Origin: Octopus vulgaris | Lineage: Eukaryota | Length of the DNA: 64,000 nucleotides | Direction of reading: 5' to 3' | NCBI GenBank assembly: GCA_951406725.2 | Contig: OX597832.1 | Span: 59,520,001-59,584,000 of the forward strand | Shown: piece after piece, positions 32,818 to 46,944 of the stretch | How the letters are laid out: every line of letters begins with the position of its first letter | Position numbering within the stretch: position 1 is the stretch's first letter | Program-made: the position numbers and the translations under genes | Notes under the pieces: model-generated | Told to the model about the DNA's origin: nothing | Database searches by the model: none | The model's input: the letters and a program-made list of their open reading frames with translations, nothing else

Positions 32818-33689
32818 GCATGCATGTATGTATGTACATATACAAACAGACATAAACATGTATATGTATACCGGTGCATAGATGCACCGACCAAATAAGG
32901 ATTGGAGTGTATACACGAGTGTATATCAACACGAATGTTTAAACACCAATAACCAAATGTCTACGAAAGTTTATTTAACATTCGGAAACACAAGTTAAAT
33001 AGTTAACCTCGGAAACAAAAGACGATTCTTCGTGACTTCGTCTCAAAATAGAAAAACGGGTTTGTTTATCAGTATGGCCTTATCTGACCTCTGGTTTCCT
33101 TACATTCTTTTACTGAGTTTTCTTCTTACTTTTTCCCGTGTTTATTATTCTTTTGTTATTTTATTCTTTTATTTGTTTCAGCCATTTGACCGCGGCCATG
33201 CTGGAGCACCGCCTTTTGTCGAAACAAAACAACCGCAGGACTTATTTTTTGTAAGCTTTGTGCTTATTCTATCCGGCTCTTTTTGCTGAAACGCGTTACG
33301 AGAACGTAAATACACCAACATCGGTCGTCAAACTCACACACACAAATATATATATATATTTACTCAACATCCATTTATACATTTTGTACTATTTCTCCAT
33401 TATATATATATGTATACATATACATATACGACGGGTTTCTTTCAGTTTCCGTCTACCAAATTCACTCAAAAAGCGTTGGTCGGCCCGAGGCTATAGTAGA
33501 AGACACTTGTCCAACTGACACGCAGTGGGGCTGCACCGAGAACCATGTGATTGGTAAGCAAAATACTTACCACACACCCACTCCTACGTCTCTCTCTCTC
33601 TCTCACTATATATATATATATACCAGGTGGCGCTATTAAGTTAGACATGGCCTGGGCCAATAATGGCCGAAACCTATCAAAGTATCAAA

Positions 33690-33738
<49 letters not shown>

Positions 33739-34140
33739 TCTTCAAATATCTTGTATATTTTTGTTGTTTTTAAATTTTCATTTATATTTATTTATTTATT
33801 TATTTTTTAGTTTTTAGTCTCTTTTCGGAGACTATCTTCAAAGGTGGTTAGACGTACACAGATCTCTCAGGCCTAATCTGTAAATATCTGCACATCTTCA
33901 CTGACGCTTCATTTATTCTCTTTCCTTCTTACTCTCCCTTTCTTTTCTCTCTCTGTCTCTAGCTCCATATTGCTATATCTCTGTCCCTCCCTCTCTCTCC
34001 GCTCTCTCCCACTCGCCCTCATACAAATAGATCGCTCTCTCTCCCACACTCTCTCTCTCCCCTCACTATCTCTCTCTCTCTCTCAACTCACACAAACACT
34101 AACACACATACATAATAATAACGATTATTACTATTATGTG

Positions 34141-34186
<46 letters not shown>

Positions 34187-34192
34187 TATATA

Positions 34193-34650
34193 CAGGGGTT
34201 GGACAAAATAATGGAAACACCTTCAAATTTCGAACGAATTTATTTTAATATGAGGTAGGAGCCCGTTTGGCTGTAATTACAGATGGATTCTACGAGGTAT
34301 AGATTCGTATAAAGTTTGAATTGTTAGCAAAGAAATTTTTGTCCATTCTTCGGCTAAAACATTCTCCAGTTCTTGTAGTGATGATGGTGGAGGATATCGA
34401 CTCCTTACTTGTTTTTTCCTAAAATGTACCATAAATGTTCAATAATTTTGAGATCTGGGGCTTTGGTGGCCAGATAAGATGTTCAACTTCGCTGGAATAT
34501 TCTCGTGCCATTCAGTAACAACTTTAGCTGTGTGAATTGGGGAATTATCATCCTGAAAGATTGCGTTTTCCCCCGGAAACAGCTCTGCAAACATAGGATG
34601 AATTTGATCAGAGTAAATGCTTAAATAGTATTGACTATTAATTCTGCCAG
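34193..34650 (-). mobile_element. Tc1-family DNA transposon fragment: one TIR plus frameshifted transposase C-terminus
   Basis: TA-CAGGGGTTGGACAAAATAATGGAAACACC terminus at the end of a (TA)n tract. Minus strand gives IFQDDNSPIHTAKVV..LIWPP..SPDLKIIEHLW..LYESIPRRI across frameshifts (DD34E-type motifs). Confidence 0.88.
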
Positions 34651-35093
34651 TTTTCGGCTGTCTATCTTCTGCTCATTTTTAGCATTCAACGCCAATATGA
34701 ATTTTCAAAGGCAATTACTCCCATAAATTAAAAAATAAAATTTGGTATTTATGGAGGGTCAAAGCTGGGAAAAGTACAGTGGAGACATACAAGGAAACCG
34801 AACGAAAAACAAATACGGAAGGTCGTTGGACCAGCACGAGAGGAAAATAGTGAACGCTGAGAGATATATTTTCTTTGAAAAGCGAAAAAGATAGAAGAGA
34901 GAGAGAAAGAAAACGTCCAGTCCTTAGAACGTCATACATGAAAAGAAAGATGGTCATGTAAGGAAAAGAAAGAAGAACGATGGTCACGCGTGAGCAACGA
35001 GAGAGGGAGAGAGAGTGAGAGCGAGAGTGAGAGAAAGTGAAAGAGGGAGGGAGAGACAGATAGAGACCAGTGAAGGAGAGAAAAGGAATTAGA

Positions 35094-35179
<86 letters not shown>

Positions 35180-35479
35180 CTATATTTTATATATATATAT
35201 ATGTATGTGTATGTTTGTGTATTATATACATGTAAATATCTATTTATATATGTATGCATACACACACACATATATATATATATATACATAAAATATACAT
35301 ATATACACATATATATATAGCCGGACATGAATATATATATTCATTTCTTTATTCTTGTATCAGCCTCTTAGTTACTGGTGGTTTAAAAAACCTGTACAAA
35401 AATAAACATAAGTAGAACTATTTCTACGAATGGCACCAAAATAATAGCGAAAAAATTACTAAAGTACCAGCAGCAGTAC

Positions 35480-35554
<75 letters not shown>

Positions 35555-35725
35555 CAGCAGCAGCAGCAACAGTGGTTATAGTCATTGCAGTGGTATCAGC
35601 AGCAGTGGCAGAAGCAGCAGCAGCAGAAGGTATATTCTTACGTATTTTCAATTCTTCTCTTCTCTGAACCGTTTCTCAGTCATTCAGCTTTTCTAGAATA
35701 TAATGTAATAGTCTTTTTATTATTA

Positions 35726-35760
<35 letters not shown>

Positions 35761-36064
35761 TTCATTTTTTTACCCATGATGCAAGATTGCATCTTTCTAC
35801 AGGACTTAATCGGCCATGTTAGATGTTTCCATGCTCCCAAAATTGCATGTCAATTATGCTTAAGACTCTGGACGCTTAATGTCTCAAGGTCTACTAGACA
35901 GATCCGCATTTTTCTCCCGTTCTGAGTAGCAAAGCTGCAAAATTAAAACAACAACAGTAAATATAAAAATAAAAATGAATAAATCGATAAAAACAGAAAA
36001 ATGATAATAATAATAATGATAATAATAATACATAAATAAAAAGAGAGTAAAGATGAAAATAATG

Positions 36065-36160
<96 letters not shown>

Positions 36161-36375
36161 ACAGCGACAAAAAGAAGAAGAAGAAGAAGAAGAAGAAGAA
36201 GAAGAAGAAGAAGAAGACGTAGAAGAAGCGAGAAGGGAGGTGAAGAAGAAACAGGAGGAGGTGGAGGAGGAGGAGGAGGAGGAGAAGTAGAAGAAGAAGA
36301 AGAAGAAGAAGAAGAAGAAGAAGAAGAAGAAGAAGAGAAGAAGAAGAAGAAGAAGAAGAAGAAGAAGAAGAAGAA

Positions 36376-36422
<47 letters not shown>

Positions 36423-37325
36423 AGATGCGTGAGGAGGTGGTGGGAAAGAGAAAGGACGAGAAGGAAGAAGAAGAGGGGAAGAAGAAGAGAAGAATATAGT
36501 AAAAATCAAAGAAATAAAGGAATGAAATAATGGGGAGAAAATATAGAATTCTCCAGCAGTTAAGGAATGAAATCTGTTAGAAAAACAAAACAACATCTTT
36601 TTTCTCTTTTATATGTTTTCTCTTCATTTTTTCTCTTTCTTTTTCTGAAGAGACTGTAAATAAACGTACGCCATCTTAGCTCAATTTTCCAGTCGGAAAA
36701 ATTCACTTCCTTTCCGTGGACTATCAATTATTTTTATTACTTAGACCAAAGAATAGATGCCTTGGCAGAGAGAGTCTTTGAAAGGCCACCACCATCGACA
36801 TCTCAAAGTGACTAAGGAGATATAGGTGTCTTTTTGTGCTGTACTTGTTATTGTTGTTGTTGATGCTGTTATTTCTCCACCCCTCTTTCCTAGGTCAGAC
36901 GTGGCTGATTGAGCAGGCCTATGATCAAAAACATTCCAGCCGAAACGTTCTACATTTTTTCTTTATTTATGTGTATCTAGGACTACATTATCCAAAGTGT
37001 TCTTCCTCTATGTTTAAGGTAACGGTGGTTTGATGACATCGTTTGAATTTTATCGACCCCGGAAGTATAAAACACGAAACTGACTTTGACAGGATTTGAA
37101 CTAAGAGTGTAAAGAATAAGCTGCAATAACGCAAGACATTTTTGTCTAATATTCTAGCCATTCTGCCACCTGACCCAAGTAGATGCTTGCAACATATAAT
37201 TCTTTCTAATTTAAGGCACAAGGCCTGCAATTTTAGGGAAAGCGATTCGTCAATTACATCGATAGTTGTATTTTGTTTCAACAATTCGATAGGAAAGAGA
37301 AGTGAAGTCGACCTTGGTAGAATTG

Positions 37326-37475
37326 AGTGGCTGTGTGGTAAGTAGCTTGCTTACGAATCGTATGCTTCCGGGTTCAGTCCCACTGCGTGGCACCTTGGGC
37401 AAGTGTCTTCTACTCGGGTCAATAAGAGCCTTGTGAGTGGATTTGGGAGACAGAAACTGAAAGAAGCCCGTCGTA

Positions 37476-37540
<65 letters not shown>

Positions 37541-37745
37541 CTGTGTTTGTCCCCCCAACATCGCTTGACAACCGATGCTGGTGTGTTTAGGTCCCCGTAA
37601 CTTGGCGGTTCGGCAAAAGTGATCAGTAGAATAAGTACTAGGCTTAACAAAAATAAGTCCTGGGGTCGATTTACTCGACTTAATGCGGTGCTCCAGCATT
37701 GGCCGCAGTCACATGACTGAAACAAGTAAAAGAGTAAAAAGAGAG
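37326..37745 (+). mobile_element. SINE family B, near full length
   Basis: Colinear with 49821-50241, with internal (TA)n(TG)n and a (GTAAAAGA)-type tail. Confidence 0.88.
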
Positions 37746-37769
37746 AGTGTATGAAACTAAATTGACCAT

Positions 37770-38574
37770 CTTTCGAGCTTGTACAGTAAGGGTTACAAAT
37801 CTGGGTTCAGGACCAGCAATTGTGGTGTGTGTGTGCGTGTGTGTCGTCAATTACATCGATAGTTGAGTATTTGTGTGTTCAACAATTCTGTGTTTGTGTC
37901 TGTGTGTGTGTTTTGGTACTTTGTTGTTTCTGTGTGTGTGTTTTGGTACTTTGTTGTTTCTGTGTGTGTGTTTTGGTACTTTTTTATCGGCTCGGTAAGG
38001 ATAAAAGTCAAAGTCTGCCCTTTCGGTGTCAAGAAAATAAAGTACAAGTCAAGTATTCGGGTCGATGTAACCGATGTCCCCCTCCCCTCAAAATCTGCCG
38101 CATCTTACTAGCAATACAACAACAGAGGCATAGCTGTGGAATTAACAGGTTTAGCACATTATATAAGCGTGTTTTACTGTTGTCTTTGGTCCTTTCGAGC
38201 TTGTACAGTAAGGGTTACAAATCTGGGTTCAGGACCAGCAATTGTGGTGTGTGTGTGCGTGTGTGTGTATTTATGTGTGAGTATTTGTGTGTTTATCTGT
38301 CTGTGTTTGTGTGTGTGTGTGTGTTTTGGTACTTTGTTGTTTCTGTGTGTGTGTTTTGGTACTTTTTTATCGGCTCGGTAAGGATAAAAGTCAAAGTCTG
38401 CCCTTTCGGTGTCAAGAAAATAAAGTACAAGTCAAGTATTCGGGTCGATGTAACCGATGTCCCCCTCCCCTCAAAATCTGCCGCATCTTACTAGCAATAC
38501 AACAACAGAGGCATAGCTGTGGAATTAACAGGTTTAGCACATTATATAAGCGTGTTTTACTGTTGTCTTTGGTC
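37770..38574. repeat. Tandem duplication (422 + 383 bp)
   Basis: ctttcgagcttgtacagtaagg starts at 37770 and 38192; both units end in gttttactgttgtctttggtc. Confidence 0.93.
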
Positions 38575-38897
38575 AACCAAAATCCTGAGAGCGAAATATT
38601 TTGGAGGGCAAAAACAAAGGTGGAGGCAAGCTGGCAGGCCAGATCACGCTCTTCGACTGTAGACTTTGCACTGACAAGAACTTGGAGCCTGGGTAAACAA
38701 CTCCAGTGTTAGTTGTCCGGCTATCTGTGCAGCTCTCCACCAGAAGAAAGGTAGAAATATAGATGTGTGTGCATATATATTACATGTATATATGCATATA
38801 TGTATATATATATGCATGTATATGTATGTACAGGTATATATATATATATAATCATGTGTATATGTGAATAAATATATATGCATATATGTATATATAT

Positions 38898-39061
<164 letters not shown>

Positions 39062-39550
39062 GTGAGTTTTGTAGATATTTAAGCATGCATGTTTGTATGA
39101 ATGCATGTATGTATACATGTAGGTATGTGTGTTTGTGTGTGCGTGTGCGTATGCCCTTGCATGCATGTGGATGTGTGTGCGCTGCTGGTTTTTACCTCAT
39201 GCAAGTCCTCACTATTTATTATTCATATATTTAAACTGATTGGTGATATGTAGCGTGAAATGTATTGGTTACGATGTTAATGGAGGAAAATATATAAAAC
39301 ACACACATTCATGAAGATAAATAAAGTGAGATGCGAAAGAAAGAGACGAGAGAAGAAGGAAGACAGAAGAAGAAGAAGAGAGAGAGAGAGAGAATATTTG
39401 AAGAAAGGTTAGAGACATGAACAGTGTTTTATATGTCAGCGGGATTTCCAAACAAGCAAGATCCCAAGTTTACGTATGTGCGTATGTGTATACATGTGTG
39501 TGTTCGTGCGTGTGCGTGCGTATATATATATATGTGTGTGGGTGTGTGTT

Positions 39551-39581
<31 letters not shown>

Positions 39582-39640
39582 ATGTATGTATATCTTCTTG
39601 TATAACAATCCGAAGTACGCAAGACAATCGCCGCACCGCA

Positions 39641-39676
<36 letters not shown>

Positions 39677-39680
<4 letters not shown>

Positions 39681-40326
39681 AAATTAGAGAATGGAGAAAC
39701 ATACTTAAATCAGTAAAACATCAACTATCCGATGATACTCAATCCATACTTTAATACACCATTACATATGAGTAAAGGCAATATATAAAATGAAATGAGA
39801 TATACAGTAATAGTAAAAGTAAAAAGATAAAGAGATATAAGTAAAAAATTTCAAATATAATATACAAATAAATCAAAACTGACAGCTGTTTCGGCAGTGA
39901 GGACAGTCATACCTCATTTAACCTATAAGCCATAAAGGCAGGTATAAATGAGGCATTAACAAGGATGCCCCACGGCCTCTTCAGAGAATTAAATTAAATT
40001 TGTTATAATAGTGAAAAATATTATATAATCATATACATATAAATATAAAAATATAAAAATGTAAAATATAAAAACTTATACATCATAATGCTACACTTAT
40101 ATAATATAATACACATTTGTACAAAAAGGAAGGTAAACAGAACAAAATAAAACAAAATATATAACAGTGTATATATTAATATTAATAAGTACCGATATTA
40201 TACATATTTGGCTAAAAGTTTTTTTTATAAAAAAAAGGGCTAACACATATGGAGATGAAAAATAATAATTAAATCCGTGGTACAGTTCATAAAATTCTAA
40301 AGCTATAAAAGTTAATAAAAATTACT

Positions 40327-40366
<40 letters not shown>

Positions 40367-40685
40367 TAATAATAATAACTTTTACTATTACTGTATATCT
40401 CATTTCATTTTATATATTGCCTTTACTCATATGTAATGGTGTATTAAAGTATGGATTGAGTATCATCGGATAGTTGATGTTTTACTGATTTAAGTATGTT
40501 TCTCCATTCTCTAATTTTGTAGTATTAATTTACGGTAATATTATTACCTTTACCCATTTAATACAATAGATGAACTGATTGCTTGACAATTTTTAACATC
40601 TATGTATTAATTTTGTTGGGTACCTATCTAGCAGTATATTGGATATATATTATCCCATGGTGGGTTGAATTTTCAACCCCTATCT

Positions 40686-40690
<5 letters not shown>
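39677..40690. mobile_element. Inverted-repeat element in (TA)n with 144-bp arms and an internal HHR; probable PLE relic
   Basis: 39677-39820 and 40378-40521 are reverse complements with no mismatch seen. The right arm extends to about 40690. (TA)n lies on both sides. Confidence 0.8.
39875..39990 (-). ncRNA. Hammerhead motif with very long stem II
   Basis: CUGAAGA-[GGC.GUGGGG..AUGCCUCAUUUA..UAAAUGAGGUAU..CCUCAC.GCC]-GAAA-CAGCUG-UC-AG. Canonical core and GUC triplet, but stem I is weak. Confidence 0.65.
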
Positions 40691-40734
<44 letters not shown>

Positions 40735-40785
40735 AGATAATAGTGTCATTGAGACAGGCTTGTTTTTTTATCTCATTACGTAAAA

Positions 40786-40891
<106 letters not shown>

Positions 40892-40906
40892 TATACATAA
40901 TACATA

Positions 40907-40940
<34 letters not shown>

Positions 40941-40957
40941 TGTATATATATACATAT

Positions 40958-41009
<52 letters not shown>

Positions 41010-43405
41010 CATACTCACAGATACATACATATGTATATCCATACATATAATGTAAGTGTGTGCGCATATGCACCTATGCATATGTGTGCGTATATGAACG
41101 TATGTTTGTTTATATATATATATGTGTACGTATAAATAGTTGGGAAAAAAGGAAATGGGGAAGATTATTTAAAAATTAGTGCATCGCTTGACAGAAATTG
41201 TGACATGAATTTATGGAGTTGACGTTGTGAGGGCAATGTTATGAAAGTTATTAGTGAAAATGATGTCTGTAACATTGAAAACGTTGAAAACAAATATGGC
41301 CGACCGACCGACCGGAAGTTTGTGAAATGGAAGTGGGAAAAGGAAATGAAAGCCAATGAGAAGATATAATTTTACTGATAGCACAAACAGAAATATTCTC
41401 AACTGGAAGAAAATTGAATAGAAATAACAACAATATGCAACAAAAACCGCAATAATAAAATGGAAGATAGGAAGGGAGCGTACGAGAAGAAAAAGAAGAT
41501 CATTTGAGAGCATGATGGGAAGAGATAAAGTTTGACAGGGCGAGGAAAATATAGCGAGCGGTGAAAGCATTTACGAAAACATATATTATTGTTTTGATTC
41601 TCGCACCCGTCAAATTTTCCGTGTGTCTTACTATATCTTTTTCACAGAGCGCTCCTTTAGTGTTTGCAATTTATTTTTTTAGCTAAAGATGGTTTGCAAA
41701 TATTTGAGGCAATGCTACGGCTGTAAAATTCATGAAGAGACAGAACAACCAATCATCTGATATATTGTATAAAATCGTTCTAGTTTTCGTCCTGAAGTTC
41801 TTTTGTAGATTTAGGACAAGGGTTTTATCTAACAGTCCTTCATTTTCAGAATTACTGGGTGTGATCTGTTGCAATTCAACTGTAGTTTCCAAAACGTCGA
41901 GCGACGAATTCGAGACCGACTTGGCTGGTATTTTTCGTGATGGTAACTGAGGTTCTTGGTGATAACGTTTTTAGTGATGGTTCTTCAGAAATTAGTGGTA
42001 GGGTGGGGTGGATGAGATCATCAAGCCCGTCTGTTAGACATTTAGTCATAATAAATTATGGAAGAGAGATTTATACCTTAATGCAAAAGGGGAATAACTG
42101 CTGACGGCAAAGGAAGCGGGCGTTGGTGAAGTGAAAATTCTATCGCTGTTTGTTTCTTAGTTTTCCTTCATGGTCGGCCCTGATTAGATGGATCAAGCTT
42201 ATGTTTAAAGCTCATCGTCAGCTCTGCTCGAATATGTATGCCAAGTTAGCCAAGGTGTCCTGCCGTTTTTCAAGGAATACGACTACTAATTCAAGCACTG
42301 GTCAAACGAATACTGCTGTTGGTGGTGGTGTTGGTGCTACTGGTAAACAATTACGAGTTTGTAGACAGACTCCGTCATCTTTGAAGCTATCTGCAGTTTG
42401 GTTGGTTACTAATAGCTGTAGTAGTAAAGAATCGAGTTACTGTTGTTGTTGTTGTTGTTGTTATTGTGGTCGTTGTTGTTGTCATGATGGATGAGACCTA
42501 TTGGTGCCATATATAACAGACGAGTGCTGCTGTTGATGGTGGTGGTAGTGGTGGTGGTGGTAGTGGTGGTGGTGGCGGCGGCGGTTGTGCTGATGGGTTT
42601 GTCATTACTGACACGATGTTAACCGCAGGTGATTGCAGCATCGATGATGTTAAAGACGATAACAGCGATGGTGTTAATGGTGATGGCGGCGACGGTGGTG
42701 GAGGGTTGATGGTGGTGGTAGTGGTGTGTCTGGGAATGATGGTGAGTATGTGCGTGTGCGTGTATGATGTGTGTGCGCGTGTGTGTGTGTGAGTGTGTGG
42801 TAATGGTGATGCTGGCGATGTTGGTGGTGTTGGCGGTGCTCTTAGTCTTGTTGGTGGTGCTGCTGGTGCTGGTGATGGTGACGGTTGTGATATTGCTGAT
42901 GAGGAGGAAGAGCAGGACGTGGGGAGGAAGGGGGAATCAAGTATATAATGATTCTTTCATCAACGATGACGATAACGATGACAGTCATGAAGACGATGAT
43001 GATGATGATGATGATGATGATGATAATGGCGATAGTAGTGGTGGTGGTGGTGATGGTGGCGGCGGTGGTGGAAATGATGATGATGAGGAGAAGGATTTTA
43101 ATAGTAGTAGTGTTGATGATGATGATTATGATGGTCGTGGTGGGGTTGGTTATGATGATGATGATAATGGTGGTGGTTGTGGTGGTAGTGAAAATGGCTG
43201 CAGGAGCGGTGGTGTCAGTGATGTCAACATCACTGACACCAAGCACATCTCTATTAACGCTACTTCGGTGGCGCTGGTGGTGGTGGTGCTGCTGATGATG
43301 AATGGGGAGGAGGCAGTTGTGCCACTGGTGGTAGTGACTTCGACATTGCTGACTCTAAGATAAACGGGGGTAAACCAACGAATGATGTTACAGTTGTTGT
43401 TGTTG

Positions 43406-43437
<32 letters not shown>

Positions 43438-43554
43438 GGTGGTGACGCAGGTGCTGGTGCCGCCGCTACTGGTTAGGTTTGGCGCCTCCAGAGGTATTTG
43501 TGTGCTATTTCATGTCAGCAAGGTGATTACGGTCTGATGCTGGTGACATTGATG

Positions 43555-43652
43555 ATGACAACGACGACGACGACGACGATGATGATGATGGTGGTGGTGG
43601 TGGTGGTGGTGGTGGTGGTGGTGGTGGTGGTGGCGGCGGCGGCGGCGGTGAA

Positions 43653-43701
<49 letters not shown>

Positions 43702-44005
43702 GTGAGAAGAAGAAGAAGAAGAAGAAGAAGAAGAAGAAGAAGAAGAAGAAGAAGAAGAAAAAGAAAAAGAAAAAGAAGAAAAAGAAGAAAAAGAAGAAGA
43801 AAAAGAAAAAGAAGAAGAAGAAGAAGAAGAAGAAGAAGAAAAAGGAGGAGAAGAAGAAGAAGAAGAAGAAGAAGAAGAAGAAGAAAAAGGAGAAGAAGAA
43901 GAAGAAGAAGAAGAAGAAGAAGAAGAAAAAGGAGAAGAAGAAGAAGAAGAAGAAGAAGAAGAAGAAGAAGAAGAAGAAGAAGAAGAAGAAGAAGAAGAAG
44001 AAAGA
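43555..44005. repeat. (GAC)/(GTG)/(GAT)/(AAG)n compound microsatellite
   Basis: Directly visible. Confidence 0.96.
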
Positions 44006-44149
44006 GGATAACCAAATGAAATAGAAAGAGGAGGGATGCAGAGATGAGTTTGTGCTGAGAGGAGTCATGTGGGTTGATAGTGTGGTCGGGGTTTTCGGAG
44101 AGAAATTGTGACGACAGCTTTTCAATGTGTGATTATGTTGACGGTTGTG

Positions 44150-44630
44150 ACGTGGTGATAGTGGTGGTAATGGTGGTGATGGTTGTGGTGGTGGTGGTGG
44201 CGGTGTTGGTGGTGGTGGTGGTGGTGGTGGTGGTGGTGGAGGCAGTGGTGGTTGTAGCGGTGGCGGTCGTGGTGGTCGTGGTGGTGGCGGTGGTGGTGTT
44301 GGCAGTGGTGCTGGTGGTGTTGGAGGCAGTGGTAGTTGTGGCTGTGGCGGTCGTGGTGGTGGTGGTGGTGGCAGTGATGGAGGCAGTGGTGGTTTAAGCG
44401 GTGGCGGTCGTGGTGGTCGTGGTGGTGGCGGTGGTGTTGTTGGCAGTGGTACTGGTGGTGATGGAGGCAGTGGTGGTTGTGGCGGTGGCGGTCGTGGTGG
44501 TGGTGGTGGTGGTGGTGGTGGTGGCGGTGATGGTGTTGGCAGTGGTGGTGTTGATGGAATCAGTGGTGGTTGTTGTGGTAGTGGTGGTGGTTGTGGTGGT
44601 GCTACATTATTGGCGGCGGCGGCGATGACA
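44150..44630. repeat. G-rich (GTG)n-derived minisatellite
   Basis: Recurring gaggcagtggt(g/a)gtt..gcggtcgtggtggt units near 44239, 44323, 44380 and 44464. Confidence 0.85.
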
Positions 44631-45050
44631 GTGGGTGGGGTGGGCGGTGTTCATGGTGGTGGCGCGAGGAATGGACACGTAGCGATAGGAATCTCGGTTC
44701 TTGGAATGAATGACATGTGAGAAAAATCCTCTGCAAGCCATGTCACCCGTTGCAGGTAAGGTTGACAGGTGCATGACAAATCTGAGCCTGGTGCTGCCCC
44801 CTATCTCACTTGAAACCTGACACTACTGCAGTTAACATCACCAAGCATTTATTTGATCGCGTCAACGTACCGTGGTGGTTGTCACGGAATTTCCGGCTGT
44901 TGGCGTTGTTGTTGCTGCTCTTGTCGTTTTTACTATTGTTGTTTTTGTTTAGCCCCAGGCTAACACATCTTTCTGGTCACAAAGCATACCAACTATAGCC
45001 ATCACACTTCATCCTCCTCCTCCTGCTCCTGCTCCTCCTCCTCCTCCTCC

Positions 45051-45167
<117 letters not shown>

Positions 45168-45555
45168 CTAGTAGTATTTTAGAGGTTCTGTATTAGGAAA
45201 TTTGCATACTTTCATCATCATCATCATCATCATCATCATCTTTCATCATAATCATTATCAGCAACATCATCTTCATCTACGGGCCCGCCAAAGCCTTGTG
45301 AGTAGACTTCGTAGACGGATACTGAAAGAATCCCTTCGTATATATATATATGTATGCGTGTGTGTGTGTGTGGCTATGTGTGTGTGTGACTATAATTCTT
45401 CAAGGCGATGCTCCAGCATGGACACATTCTGATAGCTGAAGCAACTAAGAAATAAAGGATTGGAAGATAAAATACCGTTCGCATCGAAATAATTCTTGAT
45501 TATTCGAGATGATGTTGAGCAATTTCAAACTTACTTTGATTATATTTTCGCATCG

Positions 45556-45636
45556 TGGAGGCGCAATGGCCCAGTGGTTAGGGTAGCGGACGCGCGGTCA
45601 TAGGACTGCGGCTTCGATTCACAAACCGGGCGTTGT
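45556..45636 (+). mobile_element. SINE family C, head only
   Basis: gtggaggcgcaatggcccagtggttaggg..ttcgattc..accgggcgttgt. Confidence 0.8.
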
Positions 45637-45745
45637 CAAAGTTTATATAATCACACCATTTGAATTATATGGATAATACCATACTAAATTCTGGTGCCTT
45701 TAACTTAAGTACCATATTCAGCTGAATCTAAATTTTACTGAACTT

Positions 45746-45819
<74 letters not shown>

Positions 45820-45820
45820 C

Positions 45821-46164
45821 GTGGCACTCCGTCGGTTATGACGACGCGGGTTCCAGTTGATCCGATCAACGGAACAGCCTGCTCGTGAAAATAACGTGAA
45901 AGTGACTGAGCACTCCATAGACATGTATACCGTTAACGGAGTTCTCGGGGAGGTTGAGTGTGACGCAGAGTGTAACAAGGTTGGCCTTTAAAAATACAGG
46001 TACAATAGAAGAAAGAGTGAGAGAAAGGTGTGATGAAAGAGTACAGCAGGGTTCGCCACCACCCTATTAAGCCTTAGGTATTTTCGTTCAATAAACACTC
46101 ACAACGCCCGGTCTAGGAATCGAAACCGCGTGTCTGCTACACTAACCACTGGACCATTGAACCT

Positions 46165-46167
<3 letters not shown>
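45821..46167 (-). mobile_element. SINE family C, near full length
   Basis: Reverse-complement match to 7121-7503, embedded in (TA)n. Confidence 0.85.
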
Positions 46168-46242
<75 letters not shown>

Positions 46243-46604
46243 TTGTATCTATGTTTGTCACTTGCAATCGCTAGATAACCGGTGTTTATATGTTTATGTC
46301 CTCGTAACCTAGCAGTTCGGCAAAAGAATCCATAGAATAAGTACCAGGTTCTTCTCTCATTTATATACATATATTATATATACATTTATTATATATTGTG
46401 AAATTTGATTTAGTATTACTAAATTGAATTTTTCCGTGTCAGCTTGGAATCATATTTCCTAATGTTATTATTATGCGTACATATATACGTAAATATATAT
46501 ATGCATATATAAAATATTATTAGAGACAAAACCACTATTTTGTAAAACAAACAAGGAAAGACTTAATCAATACATAAAATTTTAATAAATAGTCAAAAAA
46601 ACCG

Positions 46605-46647
46605 CCACTACAATCGTTTCTTGTCTTGATCGACAATCTTCAGGTGG
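46605..46647 (-). ncRNA. 43-nt minimal type-I hammerhead motif, canonical core
   Basis: CCAC-CUGAAGA-UUGUC-GAUCAA-GACAA-GAAA-CGAUUG-UA-GUGG. It lies between 24-bp inverted repeats (46575-46598 and 46677-46700) in a TA-rich context. Confidence 0.78.
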
Positions 46648-46722
46648 ACTTCAATAAGTCAGTTTCAAATTATGAATTTTGACTATTTATTAAAATTTTA
46701 GGTATATATATATATATATTAT

Positions 46723-46820
<98 letters not shown>

Positions 46821-46830
46821 TACATTATTT

Positions 46831-46944
<114 letters not shown>

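Noticed and set aside
32640-33730. CRISPR-like alternation of repeats and unique spacers
   Set aside because: The repeats are variable-length (TA)n, the spacer lengths are irregular, the context is eukaryotic and there are no cas genes.
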